In this document: piece after piece, positions 29,655 to 40,400 of the stretch | Position numbering within the stretch: position 1 is the first letter of the stretch | Layout: each line of letters opens with the position of its first letter | DNA from: a virus | Lineage: Duplodnaviria; Caudoviricetes | Strand: one strand, 5' to 3' | DNA length: 64,000 nucleotides | IMG/VR virus record: IMGVR_UViG_3300011008_000067 | Coordinates: 57,661 to 121,660 of that record | Notes under the pieces: generated by a model | What the model was told of the DNA's origin: nothing | Databases searched by the model: none | The model's input: the letters and a program-made list of their open reading frames with translations, nothing else | Program-made: the position numbers and the translations under genes

Positions 29655-30059
29655 TCACATTTCTTTCCACCCCGTAGGATAAGCGTCAGGCGACCACACA
29701 TTATTATCAATTAGCGACTCATAAGTCTTGCCGTTGAACGTGACCTTATCGCCTTTCATATATGGATTGGTGCTGTCAGGCTGTTCCCACTCAGGGATAA
29801 CATCTGGATTTGGAATCAGGACTTTTGCCCACAGAGATGAGGCATCCACCGGAATCCAATCAACCTGTGCGTCATGTGCCTGTAAGCATTTGTAAAGCGT
29901 GCCATTGTATTGCACTTTGGTTCCGACTGCGTATGATTCTCCAGCTTGCCATTTCGGAAACAGTTCAGAATTTGCGACCGCTTCTGTATCCGTCAGGTTG
30001 TCAGCCAATTGTTCGATAACCTTGCGCAGTTGTACTGCTTTCTCAATAATATTACTCAT
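29655..30059 (-). CDS. CBM5/12-like carbohydrate-binding tail-associated protein
   Basis: Two repeats of W..G..Y..G.KV.YNG..Y...W. Confidence 0.75.
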   Translation of the reverse strand: MSNIIEKAVQLRKVIEQLADNLTDTEAVANSELFPKWQAGESYAVGTKVQYNGTLYKCLQAHDAQVDWIPVDASSLWAKVLIPNPDVIPEWEQPDSTNPYMKGDKVTFNGKTYESLIDNNVWSPDAYPTGWKEM

Positions 30060-30288
30060 CTTGTACCCCCATCAAAATGCGACCGACCTGTGCGTACTCT
30101 TCATTCGAGATATTTTCTGTTGGAATATCGTCACCTTCCTCATAGGTATGTGGCGTATCCTCAACATCAATTGCATCTTCGTAAATGTCGCCTGTATCTG
30201 TCTGGATTAGATATTTATTGGCGTCACTATACGTCCTATACAGTTTGACACCATCTGTTCTTGTTCGGAAATATTCTCTAACTATCAT
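30052..30288 (-). CDS. small tail-fibre-associated protein
   Basis: AAGGAG RBS; acidic protein downstream of adhesin genes. Confidence 0.55.
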   Translation of the reverse strand: MIVREYFRTRTDGVKLYRTYSDANKYLIQTDTGDIYEDAIDVEDTPHTYEEGDDIPTENISNEEYAQVGRILMGVQDE

Positions 30289-30524
30289 TTGTGTCTCCTT
30301 TCTAAGCGGTTCCATTCCGCTTTTTGTGAACGATTCCATTTCACTTTATAATTCTTTATTGGATATCCATATGCGTTTACTTTTCCTGTTGGCATAACTT
30401 CAATCAGGTCTGAGTTTTCAAATCTATTGAGTTCATCCTCTGTATCTGGAGTTTTGTAAAAAGGTAATTTTACCACATTTGACTCAGGAACGTTGAATTC
30501 CTTCGCGATAAGTTTTTTTGTCAT
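30285..30524 (-). CDS. hypothetical protein
   Basis: Translationally coupled to neighbours. Confidence 0.5.
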   Translation of the reverse strand: MTKKLIAKEFNVPESNVVKLPFYKTPDTEDELNRFENSDLIEVMPTGKVNAYGYPIKNYKVKWNRSQKAEWNRLERRHK

Positions 30525-30880
30525 GCTTTAATCCTCTCGCCGTTTTTCAGATAATAGATATCACCAAACTGCACACGATATCGCCTATTTTTGGTAGAGA
30601 TAGATACAAATCCTTTTTCGAACAGGTATTTAAAATATGAATCAGAATTTGCTAGACGGTATTCAAATTCCTCATCATCCGTCATTCCGCTAGGTTGTTC
30701 CTGAGACATTTTGTCGAATGATAAATTATCGTAATCTTTGAAAAGTGCGGCATTTGTGCTTGTGATGAATTCCCAATCTGGTTCGTGTTTCGTTTTGACC
30801 GTATTCTCTTGTTGTAGCGGTCTATAAAAATAATATCTGTAATCCTTCTTCAAATAATCTTTGGATGTTATGAAACTCAT
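30521..30880 (-). CDS. hypothetical protein
   Basis: GAGGTG RBS, 119 aa. Confidence 0.55.
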   Translation of the reverse strand: MSFITSKDYLKKDYRYYFYRPLQQENTVKTKHEPDWEFITSTNAALFKDYDNLSFDKMSQEQPSGMTDDEEFEYRLANSDSYFKYLFEKGFVSISTKNRRYRVQFGDIYYLKNGERIKA

Positions 30881-30898
30881 ATATTCACCTCACAAAAC

Positions 30899-30928
30899 GG
30901 AATCGGGGACAAATCGCCCCCTGATTCC
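30899..30928 (-). promoter_or_regulatory. GC-rich hairpin downstream of VR2 (DGR target-recognition element and/or terminator)
   Basis: ggaatcaggggg cgatttgt ccccgattcc; homologous to the hairpin after VR1. Confidence 0.7.
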
Positions 30929-30941
30929 TTAAATTATTAGA

Positions 30942-32336
30942 TTAGGTGCAGAAGCCGAGGACAACTCCATTCGCGTTGCCCGCGCCGTTGCGGTTCGCGC
31001 CACCGTTGTTATTCACGCACCGGAAGCCGTTCGTACTGTAAGCGGAACGGAGCCACCAGCTGTACGCGGAGCCGTTTAAGCCGTATTTCTTAATGCGAGA
31101 TGTAGCATCTGTGAATACTCCAGTATATAATGTACCGCTGTTTTCGTATGAAGTTGTTCCGAAAATTTCATATTCAGATGGAATCCAAACAGTATCAGAT
31201 ATTGTGAGTCTGCTACTTGTTTTTGCATCGTAATAATTTTTCGTTACAGCAACAATTCGATTTCTTATAGTGGAGTCGATCATCGGATAGATGGTTTCTC
31301 TCAGCCATGCACGCATATTAGAAGATGCCCAACCACCTGTTGTATCACCAGTTGGATTCATGTTATGTGTGTCCAAAATACTCTTGCACACCCAAGATAT
31401 CTTCGAAGTATCTTCATCAAACGCTACGATCTGCATCGGCATCGGCGTGCCATTAAGGTACATGTACTTGATATCACCAAGAGAATAAACCGTCTTGTAA
31501 GTCCCATTATCCTCATTCGCGAAAATCGTACTCCACGAATCTGAAATAGTCTCATCCTGCAACGCCTTTGGATACTCCGAAATATCAACAATCTGACTTG
31601 CGTAATTTGACCAGTTGCTTGCCGCCTTATACGTTGCAACTAAATCCGTGGGGACATATATCCATCCGATTCCTGCGGCAATCGCTGTGCCAGTCAGCGC
31701 ATTAGTTGTCAGCGTACACATTGTCGTGCTTCTGAGAATCAAGTGACAAAGTGAATTCGCGCCATTGAATCTGTTGCTTGAAAGATCGACAGTCTTGTGT
31801 TGGTCAACAACTCCTGTGCGATATCCCTGACACAGATATGTGCCGAGCGATGTTGCATCAGGGATGACAAGCGTGCCGATACCTGTACCGCTAAATGCAT
31901 AGTTACCGATATTGGTCACACCATCAAGATCAATAGATGTCAGGTCTTTGCAATTCTGAAATGCATACTGGTTGATTCGCGTTGCATTCGGAATTGATAC
32001 ACTTGACAGTGCTGAACATCCTGCAAACATATAGTTGCTCACCGTAGCCAGTTGCGGCATGGAGATTGACTCTAATGATGTGCAGTTGTTGAATGCGTAT
32101 GTACCAGATGTTGCAAGTTTCGGAACCAGAGCAGTCTGCAAGGCAGAGCATCCTGCCATCGCATACTCGCCAATTGATGTCGCATTGGGGAAGTTTACAG
32201 ACGTAAGCGCAGTATTGTTGTACAACGCACGATCCCCGATGATGCCAATGCCATCTTCTTCCAGTGATGTAAGCGTATGATTGACAAGTCCATCGACTGT
32301 AGCTTGATCGCCAATTGTGTCTCTTGTATTTGCCAT
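30942..32336 (-). CDS. DGR target 2: BspA-type LRR protein with C-terminal variable (CLec-like) domain
   Basis: xxIGxYAFxxCxxL repeats; C-terminal WWLRS...GVVLGFC containing VR2. Confidence 0.9.
   Translation of the reverse strand: MANTRDTIGDQATVDGLVNHTLTSLEEDGIGIIGDRALYNNTALTSVNFPNATSIGEYAMAGCSALQTALVPKLATSGTYAFNNCTSLESISMPQLATVSNYMFAGCSALSSVSIPNATRINQYAFQNCKDLTSIDLDGVTNIGNYAFSGTGIGTLVIPDATSLGTYLCQGYRTGVVDQHKTVDLSSNRFNGANSLCHLILRSTTMCTLTTNALTGTAIAAGIGWIYVPTDLVATYKAASNWSNYASQIVDISEYPKALQDETISDSWSTIFANEDNGTYKTVYSLGDIKYMYLNGTPMPMQIVAFDEDTSKISWVCKSILDTHNMNPTGDTTGGWASSNMRAWLRETIYPMIDSTIRNRIVAVTKNYYDAKTSSRLTISDTVWIPSEYEIFGTTSYENSGTLYTGVFTDATSRIKKYGLNGSAYSWWLRSAYSTNGFRCVNNNGGANRNGAGNANGVVLGFCT
30951..31073 (-). 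repeat. DGR variable repeat VR2
   Basis: 123-nt match to TR with 15 differences, all at TR adenines. Confidence 0.96.
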
Positions 32337-32340
32337 ATAT

Positions 32341-33534
32341 TTAAACCTCTCTAGTCGCACACAACGATGCGTATGCCAATACCTTGTGTCTTCTGCATTT
32401 AGTCTTTGGCGGTTTGTATTCCGTGTTGAACAACTGATCGAAGTATCGAATCATGTTGACCCATACATGGAACGGTTTGCCTCGCTTCTGAGATAACAAC
32501 CATGAGTGGAAGTTGTAGTATATTTCCTCAAATGGCATCAATCCCATGCTCATAAAGTTCTTAAACTTGCGAAGCCTGTGCCGTTCCTTCTTGACAGCCA
32601 TCCTTCCGATGCGTCTGACAACCTTGCCCGATTCCGTAATAAAGAACCTTGTCTTTAGGAATATAAACTGCTTTGTCAGCTTGATGATTTGACATTTCTT
32701 TCGGTTCAGAATAATTCCGAGTTCATCACATTTCTGTTCGAACATTCTGACAATCTCTTTCAACCTGTCGATATCCTCACAAATGATATAGCCATCATCC
32801 ATATATCTGGCGTATCCATGAATCCCAAGCTGATCTTTTACAAAGTGGTCAATCTTATTTGGATAGAATACTGCCGATATCTGTGATACTTGGCTGCCAA
32901 GCCCAAGTCCTGTTTCGCCAAATGCATAGACAAACTGCTTGAACATCTTCATGATGGATTCGTTAATGACCTTCTGCGCAACATGTTCAACAAGCGGTGC
33001 TGTCTGTATGTTAGAAAAGTATCCGCTGAAATCATAGAAGTAGATCGCACCTTTGCGTCCATGTTTTCTGTAATGGTCGTGCAGATGTTTTGTAAATCTG
33101 TTCAGTGCGAAATCCGTTCCTTTACCTTGCAGACTCGCGCCGTTGTCATATATCAGATGCGGTCGCAGGATAGGAATCAGACTGTTGTTGCACAGAGAAT
33201 TTTGAATACCTTTTTCGGAGATATGTACGCTCTGTATCTTTCGCCATTTGCCACGTTCTTTGATTTCAAAATTATTGAATCCACGACTTTTCCATTTACC
33301 GTTAGCCAGTTTGATTTGCTCTTTTCTTGCGTTGGTCACAAGACTGTTCATCCATATCTGAGTTGCAGTCCTTTTATTTGATGCTTTCGCGCAGGACTTG
33401 TAACCGTCAATCAATGGTGCAAGACCAAATGTATCGTCCCATCGTGTGTACTTATTTGCTCTTTCGATTTCTACTTTTTGGCGTTTGGCTTTACGTCTTT
33501 GATAACGCGCCTCGTGCCGTTCTTTGCTAGTCAA
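32341..33534 (-). CDS. DGR reverse transcriptase
   Basis: ERGKWRKI, GKGT, DFSGYFSNI, GLGLGSQVSQ (DGR-type GxxxSQ), YARYMDD; no group II maturase/endonuclease extension. Confidence 0.96.
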   Translation of the reverse strand: MTSKERHEARYQRRKAKRQKVEIERANKYTRWDDTFGLAPLIDGYKSCAKASNKRTATQIWMNSLVTNARKEQIKLANGKWKSRGFNNFEIKERGKWRKIQSVHISEKGIQNSLCNNSLIPILRPHLIYDNGASLQGKGTDFALNRFTKHLHDHYRKHGRKGAIYFYDFSGYFSNIQTAPLVEHVAQKVINESIMKMFKQFVYAFGETGLGLGSQVSQISAVFYPNKIDHFVKDQLGIHGYARYMDDGYIICEDIDRLKEIVRMFEQKCDELGIILNRKKCQIIKLTKQFIFLKTRFFITESGKVVRRIGRMAVKKERHRLRKFKNFMSMGLMPFEEIYYNFHSWLLSQKRGKPFHVWVNMIRYFDQLFNTEYKPPKTKCRRHKVLAYASLCATREV

Positions 33535-33758
33535 TATTAATTACCTCTTTTTTTCTTCATCCTGTACAGTATTATTCTCTGGAATATCGTTCTAACTGCG
33601 TAACAAGTGACCATGAAATTGATATGACATTCAGTTCTCAACCATGCAAGAAGCGTCCGCTCACTTGTATCAGGGTGATTATTTACCATATCGGAAGGTT
33701 ATCGGCTCCTTCTGCGTGATACTGATTTCAACCGAAGGTTACTTTGATTCACCACGCC

Positions 33759-33881
33759 GAATCCGAGGACAACTCCATTCGCGTTGTTCGCGTTGTTGTT
33801 GTTCGCGTTACCGTTGTTATTCACGTACCGGAAGTTGTTCGTACTGTTAGCGGAACGGAGCCACCAGTTGTTCGCGGAGCC
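33759..33881 (-). ncRNA. DGR template repeat (TR)
   Basis: Intergenic between avd and RT; 14 AAC + 2 AAT codons in the target frame; matches two VRs. Confidence 0.96.
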
Positions 33882-33899
33882 ACCCCTGTAGTCGATAAC

Positions 33900-34337
33900 C
33901 TATTTGCTTCTTTCGATTTCTAATTGCTTGGTTATAAGTGCCGTTTCCTGATTAATGAGATCTGCAATTTCTCCTAACTCATTCAGCGTAACACCTTTTG
34001 TCTTACCAGTTGCGGAGTCTTTATATGTCAGCGTATCTGGCATCTCAAGAAAATCATCCAATCCACTCGCCAACGCTTGTAGTTCCGCTCTTGCGCGAAT
34101 CCAATAGTCGATACGAATCTGTTTCTCATGGTCATTTGTCGCAAATACCGAGTTGCCCATCTTGGCATTGTCCCTGACCTGTCGTGCATGATTTAAAAAC
34201 TCCTGTAATACTAAGTACGTATATCTCTTTGGCATCTTCATGGATATTTGCAAAACTTTGCGAAATAACCTATTCGCGGTATCGACTGGAGCAAACGGAC
34301 GCTTTTCTTCTCGTAGCACTGATTTTGGTGCTGGCAT
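33900..34337 (-). CDS. avd: DGR accessory variability determinant (Avd-like four-helix bundle)
   Basis: 145-aa helical protein (MPKRYTY..GNS) directly upstream of TR; AAGGAGG RBS. Confidence 0.85.
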   Translation of the reverse strand: MPAPKSVLREEKRPFAPVDTANRLFRKVLQISMKMPKRYTYLVLQEFLNHARQVRDNAKMGNSVFATNDHEKQIRIDYWIRARAELQALASGLDDFLEMPDTLTYKDSATGKTKGVTLNELGEIADLINQETALITKQLEIERSK

Positions 34338-34367
34338 ATATATTCCTCCTTTTCTTAATTTAAAAAG

Positions 34368-34397
34368 GGGAATCGGGACAAATTGTCCCTGATTCCC
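34368..34397 (-). promoter_or_regulatory. GC-rich hairpin downstream of VR1
   Basis: gggaatcagggaca att tgtcccgattccc. Confidence 0.72.
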
Positions 34398-34413
34398 TAG
34401 ATTGATAGATTAG

Positions 34414-37400
34414 TTAAATACAGAAGCCGAGGACAACTCCATACGCGCTGACCGCGCTGCTGACGTTCGCGCCACCGTTGCCATTCACGCCCCGGAAGTT
34501 GCTCGCACTGCTAGCGGAACGGAGCCACCAGTTGTTCGCGGAGCCAGTGGCAGGATTGTACTTGATGCGCTTTGCGGCAGTATCAAACTTAGAATACTGC
34601 GCTCCTGTATTTTCATATGTTGTTGTTCCGAATATTTCATATTCAGATGGAATCCACAACGATTCTGTGGTTGATTGACCGTTGACAACAACCGCGCTAT
34701 TTTCGTATGTACCTGAAATCTTTGTGACAGGTACAATTGCATTCTTGATTTCGCTTTGCAGTTGTGGCAGGACATCGCTTGTAAGCCAAGATTTCATGTT
34801 AGATGCATCATAACCGCCTGTGGTAGTGTTACTTGTATTCATAACATGTGTAGTCAGGAAGTTTTTGTTCATCCATGTCATCCTAGCCTTGCCGCCACTT
34901 GCCTTAGTGTCTTCATCCATTGCAACGAGTTCGAAGTAGTGTTTGCCAAACGTGCCAAGATCAACGAGTTTCGTGTCTCCAACAGTGTAAGCTGTCGCAT
35001 AATTGTTATTCGCAATAATCGTTGACCAACTATCCGTAATTGTACTGAGGTCAGTTATCGGATAATCATTGATATCTGCAATATTGTAATTAGACCAATT
35101 GGTGTTTGCCTTGTACGTTGCTACCAGACTTGTTGGTACATATACCACACCTTCACCATAAGCAAATTTCGTGCCTGTAAAAGCATTTGTACTACTCAGC
35201 GTTGCCATCGTACTGCTTCTGATGATTACATGTTGCAGATTCGTGCATCCGCTGAACGCATTGCTCGCAATCGTAACCGCACCAGATGTAGCAGACAGAT
35301 CCACAACCTCAAGATTCGTATCATTTGCGAACGCATATTCAGCTACCGATGTCACAGGTGCTTTCGCGCTCGTCAGCTTCGTTGCATAGCCAAGTCCATA
35401 TGCCGCAAATGTCGTATTGCTACTGGACTCATACTCAGCAATATTACGCGACAGATACTGAATCGTAACTGCTCTGTTGTCTTGGAACTGTGCAACATAT
35501 GTTGTGTTGGCATAGATCGGCGCGAGTGCAGGACTCCAACCTGTGAATGTGAACTCTGTCGAATCGCCCTGTGCTGTTGTCGGTGTTTCGCCACTATATA
35601 CAGGTGTGCTACCTTCATCGAACTTCGGACTTGCCAGTGTGTACTGACTTCCTGTCGGACTGTCAACTGCCGCCAATACGAATGTAGCAGTGTACTGCGG
35701 AACGTATTTTGCGTTGATTGTCGTGTTTCCTGTGATACCGACATTGAGATCGTAATCCCAACCTGTTGCGGTCTGTCCACCGCTTGATGGCATTGCCTGT
35801 CCCCATACAGGTTTGGTTCCCCATTCGACATCTGTATCTGTCCTGATAGTCGTGCCGTTGTTTCTCCATGTGATGGTGTACTTGCGAACGTTTGCTGTGT
35901 AGCAAGCGTAAACATTTCTGTCTGCCGTTACGTTTGTTCTTGCATCTGCATCGACCGTGTTGTCATCGTCTTTTGACCATCCCGCAAATGTATAACTGTA
36001 ATGACCATCACTGCTGTTCGCTTTTGTAGGAGTGCCAGTGTATACACCATTTGCACCGTCTGTGATTGACTCTGTATAGTACAATGTTTCTCCGTTGTAA
36101 TAGAAGAGGTTGGATGTGATGTGGTTATATGTAATGTCGATGTATGGGTACTTTGCTTTCATCTGTGCAAGCCATGCACCTGTCAGCGTGTCAATGCCTG
36201 TGATTATGCCTTGAACCTGTGCAGTGGCTACGTTGTTACCGTATTCGTCAAGTCCGCGCATTGTGTCAAGATATGCGTAGAACTCTTCGATATCTGTCTT
36301 TTTCGCCGCATCAGATGCACCACTTGCTGTTGTCGTGAAGCCAATAATACGAACACGACTACCCTGTTTAATATCGTCAAGAATATCCATAACAGGGATA
36401 ACGGAACTACAATTCTCAATGCGGAGTGTTTCTATGTTGCTATAGTCGTTGTTCGTGACAGAGAATGTGGTCAACTGAGATTGATTTTGCACAACAAGAC
36501 CTGTGATGGTGCTTGGCAAACTGAGGACTTTTAAGACACCGCCATTCGGAAGCGTAAGTCCTTTGATGTTTGTTCCATCAAAATAGACTTCCTCGATGAC
36601 TTCGCACCCAGAGATATCAACGGTGGTTTGTGTGTGACCTTCTATGTTGGTGTTTCCAAGACCTGCGCAATTTCTCACATCAATTTTCTTGAGCAATCTA
36701 TTACTACCGAAACTTAATTGATACAGCCAGTCGTTATTGTAACTGCTACTTGAATCACCGAGTTTTACTTCCTGCAAGTTGATTGCACCGCTGAAATCTG
36801 CCAATCCCACTTTAAGTGGCGACAAATCTCCAACACTTGCAATCTGTTGAGCGGAGTAAATATAAATCTCAGTGTCGTAAAACGTAGTTACTTCTGGTGG
36901 ACAAACAAGCGTTGTTGCCTGACCGTGTGTCGATCTTTGCGTGACTATAGGAGTACCATATCTGACGGTTGCATAAATATCAAAATACGGTGTGACCGTG
37001 ATATTGCCTTTAGAGTATGCTCTTAACTGAATCGGAGAAAGCAATGCATCTCCGCAATGCCATCTTGAATCCTGATAACGGAATCTGTTTGAGAGCCACC
37101 ATTTTCTCTGCTGTTCCTTTGAGCCTTGCATCATCGGCAGATACATGGATGTTGGCTGTTTACCTGCGTCTGGATTAATAAGCGGATCAATATACTTGAA
37201 CCACGAATCCTCAAGCCAAATTGCTTCTGACCATATGCTTTGATGTTCTTCGAATCGTGTTTCAACAGTGTCAAACGACAGGATGCCTTGGTTTCTGAGT
37301 GACTGATACATTTGTACGATTTCCGTATTGAACGCATCACGAATATTTTCCCAAAGTACAGATCCTTCACCTGTATACACACCGCCGTAATCCGCATCTT

Positions 37401-40400
37401 CTACATTATAGCTATTAACAAGAGAACCCTCGTTGTTTGTTCCAATTGCGGTATCCATATCATATGGCTGCGCAGTTGCTTTTCTGGTTGCTTTTCTACC
37501 GCTTACTGTAACAGGCGATCCGTTAAAACCAATGAAAAGGTTCTTCGCGCGAGAGTCTACCATCAGGAACTGCTCAGTAAAGATATAGTAGAAAATAAAG
37601 CTGTCAAGTTCCGCATATGTCGGGAATTCATTTTTGAATTTCGCAAGCCTATAATCGGCATTATCGGTTGTATATGTTACTCCGCCATATGTTACAGAAG
37701 TAGGAAGTGCAGTATTCGGCGCATTCTGTCTCCATGTTGAATAAACAAATGTCTGGAATTCTTGCAGGATGCTGATGTCTGTCCATTCATCAGACGGAAA
37801 ACGTGCTTCATAGTCAAACCGCCATGCTTCTTTTGTTTCGCCTGTATCCGGATCAGTTCTCATTTCCATATTGAAGTAATCCGACTGGAACAACATAAGC
37901 GCATCACGGTTGTTCTGGAACTCCCATGATTCCATTGTTCCATCTTCTGAATAACCATACGGAGCAGGAGCGCGTTTTGGTAAGTTGAAGTTGTATTTGC
38001 CTAAGAATTTTACTGTGCCTGTTGCTGTATCGTTCCAGAAAACTACAATCGGAAATCCGTCAATACCCCACCGAACTCTCGAATCTTCGACCATTTCTGG
38101 AGTTTTATACGGACAAGCGTCATTATATAGGCGAACCAATTCCACGTTGTTTGCACCTTCAGAAGATGCCACATCTGCTTTTAAAACGAATCTATTAAAC
38201 GGAATTGCGCCTGTTCGAAGGGCATACTGATTTGCATGACCAGATGTCAGTTCAAATCCGTTCTTGAACTGCATATCGTAGTTCTTTCTCGCATACGGTG
38301 CAGACGAAGTACCCTGTACATTAATCTGGCATCCAGTAAACGTAAATGATTTAGAGGGATACATCGGGTCTGTATATGTTCCGGTAATCGTCTTCTTGTC
38401 ACCCTTGTACTGCGGAAGTTCATCGGCATCAAGGATGAAATACGGAATGTAACTCGGAAGATTCGCAATCGTAATATTGCCGTATGCATCATAGACATTG
38501 TTTCTGGAATATCTATCGAGCATTTCTGAACCATCTGTTGTGTCTGCGATCCAGTTGTCAAGGACTTGGTGCCGTGTCAGATTGTTGTCATACACTCTGA
38601 TACAATACAGATCGATTGTTGCATCATTTGAGCCAATAGCGATATTAACAGGCGAGATTTGTGAGAAGTCATCGTTGGTCGGGTACTCAATTACTCCCGA
38701 TGGAATTGAATTGATAAATACAAATACCAGTCTGTTTTCAGCACGCTTCTCTACGACAAACGTGACTCTGATATGTTCATTTTCTTTGTACTGAACACTG
38801 ATTTCAGATTGTTCTGATTTCAATGTTGCCTTTTGTGGTGTAAGTTCCAGACCTCTGCCACCACTTATACATGAAAGAATTGTCGCATCATAATCAAGTA
38901 CGTTTCTGGTTGCGAACTCCAATTCAATCGTCTTACCTGTTGTACGGAAGTCTTGTGCAAACGGCTTGTATGGAATCGTAACTCTGGCATTTCCAGAAAC
39001 ACGAAGCAATGTTGTATTGTCATCATCTGTCTGCCAACCGTCAGATACCCAGTTAAATCCGCTAAGTGTACAAGCGATCTGACTGGCTCCATCGCCATAC
39101 GTCCAAACATTACGAGTTGATTCCGCGTTGCTTCTGCCCTGCGAAGAAAGATACAGTGCTAAGTCTTCTGTTTCGGCTTTAACATCAATTTCAGACTCTG
39201 TAATTGTCAGAGATATAGTCTTCGACACATTACCTGTAGAAATTACAAACGTAAGCGTTCCATATTGATTTGCCTTATATGAGAACGATTGCTCCGTCCT
39301 GTCTACCGTCTGCGTTGAAACAACTGTTCCGTTTACGCTAATCGTAACATTCGATGTGAGAGTCGCAGGTGTATACACAAGAAACGGAAGTGCAATGGTC
39401 GAATACTGTGGCATTGATTTTGTATTAAACGAAGATGCAATAATCGGTGCTGTGGTTAGTGAATCCACAAACAGGAATTCATAATACAACTCATTACTTC
39501 GTACTGTTTCGTTATTAATTGTGGATTCAAAATACACTCTTAATGAGTGCGCTCCGTGAATCTGTGAAGGAATCGTATATGACATCTGTCTGTTTGATAC
39601 CTGAGTTGTCTGCGTACCAATTGTCTGACCGTCAAGAATGAAATACACTGTTTTTTCGACCGCACCAACAGGAGTGTACGGAAAACTTATTGCACCGCTG
39701 TAAACCGTAGACGAATCAAACGTACTTGTAATTGACAGCGCAATCGAAGTAATGTTAAACGTGATTGTTTTGCCCTGATCGTATGTATCGGAAATACGCA
39801 CTTTCACCTTGTTTGTACCTGTTGCAAGGTATGGGGCAAGATTGACAAACACGTTTCCCTGAGAAATTTGATAAGTTGTTCTAACGACATCGTTAACTGA
39901 AATGCGGATGTTACCATCACCTGTAGGCATACCATCTTCCGTTGAAGACCATACAAGTGAAATATCACAATCAGAACCAGAAGCGATAGTTTTTGAGAGC
40001 CACCCTGTTGTATTAGTAACATTGAGTATGGCAGAGATGACATCTCCACCGCCGCTGCCACCACCGCCTGATGACGCAAGCGGAATACCGTTTTCTGAAC
40101 GGATACCTTTGTATGTCGGATACACATAGTAGGTATCCTCATCCTGTTCCAAACCAAGATCATCAGCATCGATTGAAATGTTTAACATTGCCTCTTGAAG
40201 TTCTGCTATTTGCGATTCAAGCATGCTAATGTAAGCTTCGTTATTGTTCAATCTCGCACCGACCATTGATGAATCTGCTGGCATTCCAGCGACAGACAAA
40301 CTTGCATCTGTCTGCACAGTAACAGCATTATAAACACCACCAGCAAGCCATTCAGACCCATCATAATAATACCAATAACCGTTATTATATCCAGTTTCGT

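Noticed and set aside
32341-33534. RT as group II intron, retron or Abi RT
   Set aside because: GSQVSQ motif, adjacent avd and TR with A-specific VR mismatches identify a DGR; no maturase/endonuclease domain.
33759-33881. AAC-rich repeats as a microsatellite or CRISPR array; ORF 33644-33850
   Set aside because: Explained as the DGR template; no repeat-spacer periodicity seen anywhere in the window.
34478-40169. Many short overlapping or antisense ORFs inside large genes (also elsewhere, e.g. 4414-5022, 8002-8427)
   Set aside because: Shadow ORFs without RBS or motifs; more frequent where GC is higher.
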